64,000 nucleotides of DNA from Ascidiella aspersa (Eukaryota): positions 12,276,001 through 12,340,000 of the forward strand of contig OZ004612.1 in NCBI GenBank assembly GCA_963924565.1, in the 5' to 3' direction. A model generated the notes under the pieces. It worked only from the letters and a program-made list of their open reading frames with translations. It was not told the DNA's origin and searched no databases. Shown one piece after another: positions 1 through 12,500 of the stretch (the first letter of the stretch is position 1; the number at the start of each line of letters is the position of its first letter). The translations under genes were made by a program, and so were the position numbers.

Positions 1-508
1 CTGCTCACCAAATGATTTTTATAGTTTTATTCGAAAGGCGTTACTGACTGTTGAGGTTAGTTTATATTTTAGTAGAGAAATGGAGCAAAACGAGTCCTGA
101 CAAGCTTGTGAAAAAAGGCGGGTGTATTTAAAAAAGCGACCAGTGGCAAGAGAAAAAGTACATTAATGTGGAGAGCAATTGTATGAAAGTTAATCATATC
201 GTCAGTGGTCAATAACAATAAACTATAGATATATTATCTCTAGTACATCACTTTTTCTTTCCTTTTACTTTTGCAAATAAACAGGATGAGACGAAATCAT
301 TCAAAATGTATTTATCTTGGGTGAAAAAATGTTTTACAAAATCAAGTAAACGTTTACAAACCAAAGTCAAAATTATATATATATGCATTATATACATATA
401 TTGGTTGTAACTTTTTCGTGGTTTAGAGGAAATACAATGCGGCAACACTACCGTAGCATGTGAAGAAGCAGAGACCTTAGGGCACCAGGTTGCTAAAAAG
501 CGATTTAC

Positions 509-578
509 CTTTCGTGTGTAGAAGGCGTTGTTGGCGCTGAGACCTGACCTTGGCCGAGACGGGCGTTCTTGTGCGCCT
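509..578 (-). CDS. SIPA1L: SIPA1L exon 24
   Basis: ttttacag acceptor, AAG|GTAAAT donor, open in phase 1. Confidence 0.6.
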
Positions 579-3500
579 CTGTAAAAAAAACGGGTTGGGC
601 TTGTTTCAATTTCCGCTCGATAAAAATAAGGCGTCAAACAGCTCAATAAGGCAAAAATTTATTTTAAAAAACGGGGACATAAATGTGCTGTTGCTGCCGG
701 GCACAGCATACTAAATAGATTCTCTTTCCGGAATTTATTATTTGGTTTCGTGCATTTTGACAAGCTATACAGAAGACTCCATTAATTATATCTAAATTGA
801 GGATGAGGTGTAAAACGCTATTTACCGTTGGTGTTAATTCTATAATATTATAGATAATTCCGCTTTAGATATTGCTGCTTTATAAATCTTATATAAGTTT
901 TCCTATACAGGGGATATAACATTCCACCACGGAAATTCCGTGAGTAGAAAAGGGGAAATGCTGAGGAAAACTATTTTAACAACAATATAACCACAAAAAT
1001 AAAGTTATATGTTGTTACCTGTACCGGCGATATAGACCCGCAACGACCTGTTAACCTCTGATGACGGCGTACAATCGACTGCGAAGGGTGAGTGGGGTTT
1101 TCCTTTTTCTTGTGGAAGGGAAGAACCTACGGATTTGAAAAGCGTAAATGCAGATGTGTTTCTGACGAAGTGTTACTTTTGCAACAACGTAAAAATGACA
1201 ATAATTTACAAAGTCAGTGAGTAGCGATCTTAGACGGTTTCAGCAAATTGATTTCAGACAAACCAAACAATATGTAATATAACAAGGGCATCCTGTTTCA
1301 CAAGATATATTTTAATTTACTCAGTTAAACTATTTCTGAAATTATTCGTTGAACGGCTTCCAGGATCACGTCCACAAGAAACATTAAAGTTCTACTCATA
1401 ATTTATCTTTAGAAAAGTAAAGAAGGTAAAGGTTGTGTTTGGGTTGTTCCAGTTGGCCAAGAAGGAGGCTGGGAATTTCTGAACAAGTCAGTAGTGTTTG
1501 AGCCCAGGGCTCTGCCGCCACGGAGGTAGGGACCGAGTTAGAACTGCGCGAGGTAGGTTAACATTTTAACCTTTTTGTTCGTGGTATTGGTTATGGGCAT
1601 TGAGTAAGTTTAATATATTGCTAAAGGTTTGCTGAGTAGGCTATATACCCCCCCCAAAAAAAATGTTTCTTCAAGAAAAATAAGCGGGGTCCGGTTCCTT
1701 ACCTTACTCCAAATAGAATCGACACATAAACCAAAATATTTTAGTGAAGTTATGTATACCTTTTTAGACTATACCCAAAACACAAACTCACCCAGGGATA
1801 AGTTAGTTGGTTTCGGGTTCCAGTTGACCCGAATAATCGGTGTTTCCCCAGCAGGGACCGGCGTCCCGACGGTTGCGGGTGACGAGTTCTTCCTGGGCAT
1901 GCTTCCGTAGCTAATCGAGTTGTTCGAGTTCTGGTTGAACGAGTAAGAGTGCTGGTGAAGGGACTCTTCCCAAGGCTCGTCGTACGACAGCGTCTGGTTG
2001 CTGATAGAAAATAATAAGTTTTAGACCAGGGGTCGGAAACCTTTTTAGCTAAGTGAGCCATAAAAGTCATATATTCATGGTTGTATTTCCACGAGAGCCA
2101 TATAATACTTTTTTACATATAGTTATGGTTGAAAAAAAATGGTAAATTAAGCAGGACCGTTTATTTTGTTCTCATTTAAAAGACAGAACATAATATGCAT
2201 CAAAATTCATTTCAATTTGTTAGTTAAAATCATGGATCAAGCATTGAATATGACTACTGAAATAGGCTTTTTTTATTAATCTTTTTTTTAATTTTTATAC
2301 TTTTTTATATTTATAATATATAGACAATGCTTAGTATTGTGATATAATTTTTTTTTTCTTAAAATGTTTGTCATATATATGTTTATTTTGCCTTTGCGTT
2401 TTTTGTGCTAGTTTTTTGCTGTGTAGCTTCTCGTGCTAAAAACGCTTTAAACCGTATGTGTCAGCCACCGAGAATCGTTCTCCAATCGTTTATTTTATTC
2501 GCTCTGATTCGGCTGGTCACCGGGGCGTCAACCTTATAGAGTTTTAACAATTAGACAAGAGTTAAAGTCTCACCTCATGGTGGGAGTGTCGGTGGACACT
2601 CGGCTTAGGGTGCTTGACGAATTGTTATTGCTGTTTAAGCCGCTGTCTGTCGACAGGCTGCTCGAACACTGAAGCGCGGCACCGTTGCTTGACGGTCGCT
2701 TGTCTGTAATGAAGCAGGTAAATGCTGTTGGTTATACTGCGTATATCGCCAGGATGTAAAGTTTTAGATACGTCGCGAATTTGCAACGTTTTTTAACTTT
2801 TAATCTTCTCACTTTTAACATAAATTCCTATAGGCCAGTAAATGCAGTTAAATTATTTATTTATCAGTATTAATTTCATGCAACGAGGTAAGATATATAA
2901 ACTGCTGTTACCAGGCATCGTAATGTTAATCAAAAAACAACTCTTCTGGTAATTGGAATAATATTACAAAGTACCAGAAGAGGTAAGATATGCGTCAAAT
3001 GTTCGAAGAAATTCGACTCGCCAAGACGAGTAAAGCGCAATTACTCGTCGGGTACTCGGCTACTGGCTATCACATCATTTTTTGTCCCATTCAATGTAAA
3101 ATATTCCAAAATATAAAAGTCTATTTGCGCTACAAGCGACAGAGGTCTTACTTCCCGACATATTGAGCGTACTTGGTTGACAAAAAAATAAAAAAACATG
3201 CAATATGTTTAATATTTGGGATCTGTTCACACAACTTCTAAGTATACTTTTGATCATTTCCTAATGCATGGAGATGTAGTAAAATTTCTTGTTTGCGAGA
3301 ACATTTTTTATCGAATTCGGATCAAACTATTATATTTTATTATTGTGTACAAACAAAATAACAAGAATTGGAAGTGCATCGTACCTTCGACGTCGGCAAA
3401 ATCGATGTCGGCCCCGCTCTGGCTGCTGAGGTTACTAAAGGTCGACTTGGTGCTCGACAGAGTATTGGACGCGCTTGAGTGACCGTTGCTATCGGCAACC

Positions 3501-6500
3501 GTCTGTAAAAGTAAAAAAACGCAGAGCGTAAGATAAGAACGAGACTTGATGAGCATAGAGGGTGAAATAAAACAATTTCATTTCTGTAACTTTCATCGTT
3601 AACTTAGAGTAACATCGCTAGCATGCCATTATTATGAACTACCAAACCAGAAAAAGACATCACTCAAATCTAGAAGATTACACCCGGAAAATAAAGCAAC
3701 AACAACGTTTACCGAGAAAACATTGCTTACCACCTTTCGAGCCAATAAATTCTATATTTAATAGAAAGTGACAACCTCATCCACAATAAAGAAAGGTCAC
3801 GAAATAAATAATTCAAGCAAGGTTATGCAAACACAAGTTCATAATATTTGCTTTGTAATATCTAGGTTCACGTATATTTGTTTGAACTACATAATCTTAA
3901 TCAGGGTTTTTAACGGTATACTTTCACCACTACAGGTACACACACAGCTTCCAGGTGCTACAAAATGGAAGATTAAAATAGCGTGTAATTGTTTTTTTCT
4001 CTTTCCACGTAAATCGATCTAAAATTAAAAATCTGCGAAACAACAGAGAAATTATAACGAAAACCAATAGAGTTATGTAAATGTTCTCGAATTTGCACTA
4101 TTTTTACCGAGGATAAAAAATTTACTTAATCTCAAAAAACGGTAATTCCTCAAATTACCAAAACACCTCGAATCAAACTACGCAATTCCTTTTAAATAAA
4201 ATTGAACAAGTGAAAACGGGAAAAATCATTCCCAGCATTGTTGCTGTTTTACGACTTGCTGATAGAAACGTCGAAAAGCCAGAATGTCTCAAGGACCAAA
4301 CTACAAACCAAAGGTAAACAAGCCTTACAAATGCAACCGAAACAGTGAAATTTTCGGCCGGTAAAACGAACAAAAGAACACCCTTTCAGAGCGTCGAAGA
4401 GCTTGAAAGGCAGGGGACCGGACAGCACCCGACAATCACTCCGTGCAGCAAAGAAATCGGCACGCAACAAACAGCAAAAAACAGCGACCTTAATTGTGGG
4501 ACCCGATCTCGATTTCCTTCGGATAGGGTAAGTTTGCGTGAGACCCACCGCTGCGAGGCGCGTAGCGGCGGTAAAGAGCACCACCCGGCTTCCGTGCTCC
4601 TCGAGTTCCTTGTTTTGCCGGCTTCCGTGCTTGGACGACTTCTTTCCGCTTTTCCGCGTTTTGCCGCCGCCCGAGCTGTCGCGAAGTAGCAAGTCTGCGG
4701 AGAAGAGAGTTTGCGACGGGTTAGATCAGTGGTTCTCAATCGGGATGCCGCGGTTCCCTGGGGTGCCATTTCTAATGCCCAAGGGTGCCGGGAAATATTG
4801 GAGGATTTTTAAGAATGAGGAGGATTTTTAAGAACTGAGTTTTGCTCAACTCTTATAACTTTTTGTGTAGAGTGGAATGAATCCAATTAAAACGCACTAC
4901 GTTGCGCAGAGATGATGTGTGTTGTTCCAGTTCCGTTTATTGTGACATTTTAGTGATTTACCTACGAAAAATCTTGTAGGGGCGCCGCAATCTATTTGTT
5001 ATTTCTAAGGGGTGCCGCAAGCCGTGAAAGGTTGAGAACCAATGGGTTAGATGTTTATAACTGGCGCGGGGTTCAACGCAAATAAGCCCCAGTAACACAA
5101 AAAGGTGGAAATTGAAGCGTATTTCACAGGGTGAAGGCGATTTTAAAACTCATCGACTCGAATTTTAGCCAAAAGTAAATATAGAAGTAGATAGGTATAG
5201 GTTAGATAGCTGTTTTGGAATTATGCTAGATAGCTATAGTATACAATAATAAAACATACAACACAACGAAAGCCTTTAATTTTTTACAATCATGAAACAG
5301 AGGTTGAAAAAGTGCCCGTCACAGAATGAAAAAAGTAAAAGTTAGGGTGACAAAATAGATAATAATACACCAGACCTGATAACCTCGCAAACGCGATTAA
5401 CGAAATGAGTTGGCTCAACTTGGTATGTTGTACAAGCAAGCCAGAAAAGAAAAAGTCGCTCTAACACTAAGCAACTTTGAATCAGGTTAATAATGACCAC
5501 GACTGTATATTTTCGCTATTGATTACATGTGTTTTTTGTTCAGGTTTCGTAACTGCTCAACGTTACTTACCACCGGCTGTATGTGAAACGTCGTGGTGGA
5601 CTTGGTGCTTTGGCGTGTTGCTAGTGTTGTAACTTTCGCTGCGCTGGTGTCTGAAATATACGACAAAACGACATTTGCTAAGGCCAGCTTCACAAAATAC
5701 AAAGACAGTGACCTATTGACTGATTGCTTGCTAACTAAGTCTGATATTTGCAAGCATTATCAGCAAATGTTAGAACATATTACTCACATATATTCGCAGT
5801 CCAGAATTTACCAAATCTTTTCTCCCTTATTTAAGTTACTTATGTATTCGGAAAAAGGCTAATCAAAATTGGCCAGCTACTTTATTATTTGTTTTACATA
5901 GAAAAACATATTAAAAAGTCAAATCTGTTTGTATTGGAACGCAAAAAAAAAAAATTAAATTGCTCAGAACATAAGATGCGCCGCCCAGTGTCCGTTCCTT
6001 CCACTCACCCGACTCCGAGGCCGTCCACGGCGTCGGCGTAGATCGGATGAGAGGGCGAGCGGTGGACGGGTTCGCTCCTGGTCCGGTCGTGGAAGGATTG
6101 GAAGGTCATGCCCTCGGGGACCGGCTTAACGTCCAGGATCGGGGCAAGGTGGTACAACTCCATGCTGCATCTAGCGGGTGAAAGTCAAACGAATAAGATT
6201 TTTGTGTAAAAAGTGTTTTGAGAGACCGCGTAACGATTTCTTGTCTCTACTTAAGATTGATTTGCGATTGCAGCAAAGGTGCGGTTGGGAGGGAAACGTT
6301 CAGGGACAGAGACAAATATAGGGCCACTTTAATTCTCTGGAAAACATTTTGTGCGACTGGCATAGAGAGAAGTAACAAATTAAATTTAATAAATCATACC
6401 TTTCATGCTGCCACTATAAAAGTAGAAAGAAACGTTAAGGGTTAAGGACAGAAGATTCTAGAAACGCTTATGACTCTTTTTTTTCTATGGTGTATTTTGA

Positions 6501-9500
6501 CAAAGATTCTGCGACTGAGGCAAGTAAGTTCATATTTGTTTTTTTGCAGTCATATGTGTATTTAGAGGACTTAGTAGTTGGTGTGGCTTGGTTTCACGAT
6601 TTCTATCGCGCAACAGTTCACCTTGATTTTCAATTGTTGTTGCGAAAATTTATCTGAATCTATCATGATTTGTCATATTTTGTTTTAGTCTTCGATAAGT
6701 GCAAATTGATCCAATTTAATAACTACAGTTAATTGCGTAGCAAAGACTAAATCTGATTGGCCTTCATTCCTTTTTTGTTTTAGAAGATACGGCTAAAAAT
6801 GCAAACTTCTACCAAAAACGCGCCAACACACACCAGACGGGCAAGATTAAAAAAAAAAACCTTAAGCATAAGCTGTGGTCAGCAGAACAAGATTATTTTT
6901 CGATGGAGATGCGATAAAAGCGACTCACTTTCTCGGTGTGCCGTCATCGTGGGGCGGGATGGCGACCACTTTGACCACCTTGGACGTGCGAAGCAGATCA
7001 AGCACCTCGTCGTGCGTCATCGTAGCCACGGCAACCTTGCAGATCTGCGCACAGGCGAAGCGCGCATAACACGTGTTATTTGGTAACGCAGTAAATGGGT
7101 AAACAATAGTACCCGAAAGAAGTTCTTTCAATACTTATTTATTTTATTCGACGTTACGGCTACCGATATAGCGCATACAATACGTAAAGTTTTGTAAACT
7201 TGAAATTGTTTTTATGAGGCATATATAAAAATAAACCACAAAAAATCTAAAATAACCGTAGCTTGTCTTTGAATTTGCGTCGAGGTATATTATCTCTTTT
7301 ATGGCGTTTTGTGCAAATCGGGAAATGAGTGCATTTACGCTCATAAACTATTTCTATCGCAAGCAACATAAATATTCGAAAAGTGCTGCAACATTCCATT
7401 ACCTAGAATTGATTTCACTAGGATTAGCGTAGGGTCAAAAAGGACGGCCATATTACACGTTACTTCCATTTTTTTTCGAAAAATACGGCGCTTATGCAAT
7501 GAAACTTCTTGCCTAATACACCACTCATAACTCTTATAACCCCCAAAACAGCGAGATTACCTCGACTAGGCGACTGCTTTGCCTCAATCCGTCCTGAAAT
7601 GCCTTCCCGTCGGAGAGTATTCCCTCATAGTTGACGTTGAATCCCAGCTCGCCCCGGTTGTTTCTGTGCAGCTGACGGTAGATGGTCTCCGAGCCTTTGG
7701 TGAAACGTTCCAGTCTGCAAGCACAATTGCTTCGGTAAGGAATGGCGCACCGTATACTGTTTTGTGGCGTATTACTAACCAAGGGGTTGTGGGTGCGAAC
7801 TTGAGTGCAGGCGATTTGCTAGTTAAAACTAATTTATTTTTATGCGTGGGAATGAATTTACTCCGGGTGAAAAAAGAGTCCTAATTTTTGTTTTTGTAAG
7901 ATGTGCGATACGCAAAACCACAATGTTAAAGATAAAATGCTCTGAGATTCTTACTTCAAACTATACGAGACGAATATTTTAGTTGCGAGTTTCAAATAGG
8001 TATTGGCTAAGCCGTGCTGTTCCAAATTATACGGGGTTAAATAGCTAACCATGGCACGATACAACCATATCGACAATTTCTGTTCTGCCAGTGAAACTAA
8101 CGGAAAAAAGTGTTAACGACTTTCAACAGAAATTTGGTCGTGTCGAGTTTACCGCCAAAAAATTACTAAAAGAGTAATTATGTTCAAATTTTCAGAGGGT
8201 CTCAAAAAACCTTGTAAATGTGTTTCTCGTAAGAATGAACTTTTCCGACAAAATCGTCGGTCAAGCTGGGCTTCATAAACACCATACACAATCGACCAAC
8301 CTGACGATAATTTCTTCGCGGGAGTAGACGTCGTCGGTCTGCACGGATAGGCGTTCGCCGCGCCCGTAGTAGACGTGCAGGTCGCGCTTGTAGCAGCCGC
8401 GCTCAGCAGGGTCGGCCACAGGCGGTGGAACCGTCCACCCAAGCACCGCCTGGCACGGAATACTGAAGATGAGCTGACGTGAGGCGATCTCGACCAGGGT
8501 AAGCACGCAGTCGCTCATGCCCATAAGGCAGGGAACCACTTCCGGTGAGCTGAAGAGGGCAAAATAAGAAGGTTTGAGTTTGGGTAGAACTATATTTTCT
8601 TGTTTTGTTTTTGCTATAATGCGTTGTTACTTGGTTACTTTTTCTTTAATTTTTGGTGTTTTATTGTATTTTTATTTTTTAATTTTTGCGCGATTTCATT
8701 GTGTCGATTAATACCATTGTAGCAAGAACCTCACAATCTTTTTGGATCAGGTCAAGTTGAAGGGCCTCAGGGCTAATTCAAAAGTAGGCTTATAGGGGTG
8801 ATTAAGAGCATCAGGTAAAAATCGAAATTAATCAGGTAAAAATCGCAAACTATTGGAAAAATATAGATTTTGTGAAGCAGATTATACAGCATTGACCTGA
8901 GTTCCATTTACCAACAATAAAATCCTAAATAGAAACTTACACAACATAAAACAGGCGAAAACATGTCTTTAGGGTCAAATGCTCGTTGTATAATGCAATA
9001 AAAGTTTGTTTTCGACTTGCTGCCATGTTAAGATTAAATATATTCACTGGTTCCGAATCAAATCTTGTATTATTTTCATTCTATCCAAAATTCGACAAAA
9101 TGCTGGTGGCCAGTTGGGGTGTGCTAAACATCTGAACGTCACACTATTTTAATCCACAAAGTTTCACATAAAAATAAAATCCAACCCCAAAATACAGTTA
9201 ACGTACAATCAACAAAATTCCACCCAAACAATACAGTTTCAACCGCACCACTAATCAAGCATATAAACAACCGCCACCAACCCCCAAAAAACTCACTTGA
9301 AGTCTGTGACGCTGACGTGCCACGAGAGGGCGCCCCTGCTGAGCAGCTCGGGCGTGGGTCGCGACTTCTGCTTTTCGCGTCCCCCATCGCGAATGCGCCG
9401 CGAAGCGCCGAAGGGGAAACGGCCGAAGTTGGGCTTGCCCTCCCGACCGGCCTGGCTTGAATGGTTGCGGTGGAGGTCGCGTAAATACTCCTGGCGAGTG

Positions 9501-12500
9501 TTCATAGCCATCGCCTGTTGGTGGATAACAGAGGCTCGGTGTGAGTTTGAGTGTTGGGAGAGCGATTATGTTTACGCACAAATAGAGTTATCTCCACCAG
9601 GCAACATATTAAAAGATAAAAATCGCTCTACTGGTGTAAACGAGGTTAAAAACCTACGTTTCGGCAGCAGATACCAGCTGGCCTCCTTTAACCCTAAAGA
9701 GGTCAGCCGAATCTGCTGCCGAAACGTCGGTTTATAACTTCGTTTACACCAGAATAGCGATTTCTATCTATGTTTACGCAAAGTTTACATTTGAAAGCCA
9801 TCTTGTATCCTGGACTGTTTCATAAAGTCCGAAACTGGTAAATGTCAATGAGGAAAACAAGAGTAATATAATTTTTTCAACTTCGAGTTCTGCATGTTTT
9901 TCTTGATTTTTTTATTAAAATCAAACCTGATTTAATACGAAGGTTTTGGGAATTTCATTCAAGCGACATGTTCTATATTTCTTAAATTAGATCTATTAAA
10001 ACTATGAATCATGACAGTATTGGTTATTTCAATTTTAACAGTCTTGTTTTTTCAATTTTTTTTGAGAGTTAGGAATTTTTCTTTGAGAGTTTACCGGAAT
10101 TCCTATCCGTTTATACAACGCGGTGTTAGTGAGTCGGTAAAAGATACGATGATATATGTTTTAACCTATAAACGGATTTAACGAGTTGAGTCACAAAATT
10201 GCACAATTTACATTTTACAGGGTAATTCCTGAATAACGAAAAACTCCACGAAAAAGAATTGCAAAAATCGCAAAGTTTTTTCAAAAAGCTGTAAAAAATA
10301 CAACAGAGGAAATTTCATCGAGCAACGCCTTTCGATTCGTCGCAGGCAGGAGTAAAACAACAATGACAACGCCCAAAAACGTACCTTGAATTTGCCGGCC
10401 TTGTGTACCATGTTCTCGCCGTTGATGATCTTGGTGAGCAGGAACTCGCGGAACGAGGGCGACTTGGGGAACATGCAATTGGCCGGCATAGGCGGACCGA
10501 AGCGAGGGATGCTGCGCGAGCGAGTCACCGCCACCCTGGAAGAAGAGATCGCGGTTAGCTTTAAAATGAAGGCCCCTTGCGTCGTTTACACAACCGCTTT
10601 GCTGGCCAAGCACTCGGTTCTATGACATGTCGGTCAAAGCTGGCTCACGAGCAAAAATATGCCAACTTTTGGTTTCATTAACAACATAAATAACAACTTT
10701 TGCACCTAAATTTAATTGTGAAGCAGGTTTAAAATATAACTTTTATCATAAAGTTTTGTTTAATCAGCAAGCATAAACGAAATAGTCGAAAATACCCATA
10801 TTTTTTACAGTTTTTTAATTGTAAAACTTTAAAATATGCCAACTTTCGGGGCAATGTCTTGAAAACACATTTAATTTTTTTAATTAAACATAATTCGGAA
10901 AAAATTAAAGAAAAAACTTGAATATCTCTAAAAGTCTAAAACAATGCCAAGAGCTCAGTATCAGGATATGCATAGTAATTAGACCTAATGCAATAATGTT
11001 GACAGACAACAGTAATGGGCACGCAAAGCGTAATTTTGGGTGGTCAGTCGTAGTTTGTGCGGACATTTAAAAAGCGTGACAGAATTATTGTCTGCTTATA
11101 AGGATATATTGCTTTGAGTTTATTTTGTCCATTTTAGTCAAGCAGACGGAAATTAAGAAAATAGGCCAGCTGCACTTAAAACGTCAAAAGGAAAACGCGT
11201 AAGAAACGCGGATTACCTTATATGTCGTAGGAAAAACAACACTTGTGTACAAGAAAAACTATCGTAAGGCGAAACTGGAGTTGTGATTTACAGTAAAACG
11301 TTATTAATTGGCAGAATGGAAACTAATAAACGAATATAAATCTAATAAACGGATCCGTTTTGTTACGTTAAGTACCTATAGCATGTCTGGCTTGTGCAGG
11401 GCTGGTGTGCGCGAATCACCAGGAAGACGTGCTGGAAGTGCGAGCGGATGTTCTTCGGGTTGAAGGGCTCCGATCCCGGCTCTTGGAAGACGATCGTCAT
11501 GATGTCGTTGCCGATGTGGCGCTTCCGGAGGAGCTGGGTGGAGGAGGAAGAAAAATTGAAAGACCAATTACAAATAAAACTCCTAAAGGTGGTTTTGGAG
11601 GAATGTAGAATGGGATAACTGGTAAACTCGATTGTTGTAGAATGTAACTATAGGGCAGGGTTTCTTAACCAGGGTGCTCGTACCCCAAAAGGGTGCGAGA
11701 AGTGTTCCTAAGGGGTGCAGGGGTGCTGAATCAGACACAGAAAATGTATTACTGTCATTTATTTATTTTTTCAGTTAAATGTTAAACAGACTCACATTTT
11801 GGTATTGCGTTACTGTGTTTCAATTACTTGCATAAACATAAAAATACAATGGTTTTGTTGTTTAAGAAATTGTACAAAGGGGTACAATAATTGGCTGGTG
11901 ATTTGAAAGGGGTGCAGCAAGAAAAAAAGGTAAGAACCACTGCAGTAGAGCTAGACAAAAAAGGCACAATGCACTTGAATACTTTAGTCGGGACACAATG
12001 GTGTGTTGGATTAGGTCTATAGAAATATTAGAATTATCAATACCACCTTTATTGTTTGGGATTGCTTTTTTTCCCTTGTTAGTACCGTACATAAAACGAG
12101 ATTTCTATGCGTAGGCTTGAACTTGAATTTGGTTTAACGAAATTTGAACCAAACTAATTACTACTATTCAACGACGATGACGGAAAAACATAGAAGTTTC
12201 TTTGTTTTATTTTTGTTCTATGGGTAGTTTGTTCTATCGGGCGATTATGAAGGAGCAAAGTCAAATTAAACACATATATTCACAGGCCTTCTGGCCTACG
12301 CAAGCGGAAAGAGGGTATTCACCTGCTGTCGGTTGTTGGGGGTGTAGGGAAGCATCGTGGACACGTGGAACATGATCTTGTAGTCGCGGAACTGGGTAAA
12401 CACCGACTCCGTTCCGGTCGAATCCGCTGAGGGTGAAAGAAAGAAAATACAACAAAACTATTTTATTTGCTTTATGACATTTAGGTAATTTAAAAATTTA

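Noticed and set aside
1700-1760. Micro-exon with GTAAGG donor near 1702
   Set aside because: The upstream intron would be only ~32 nt and the frame ends in TAA.
4249-4831. Cluster of overlapping 97-147 aa ORFs
   Set aside because: Explained by GC-rich exon 19, read-through into its intron and the adjacent MITE; no recognisable product.
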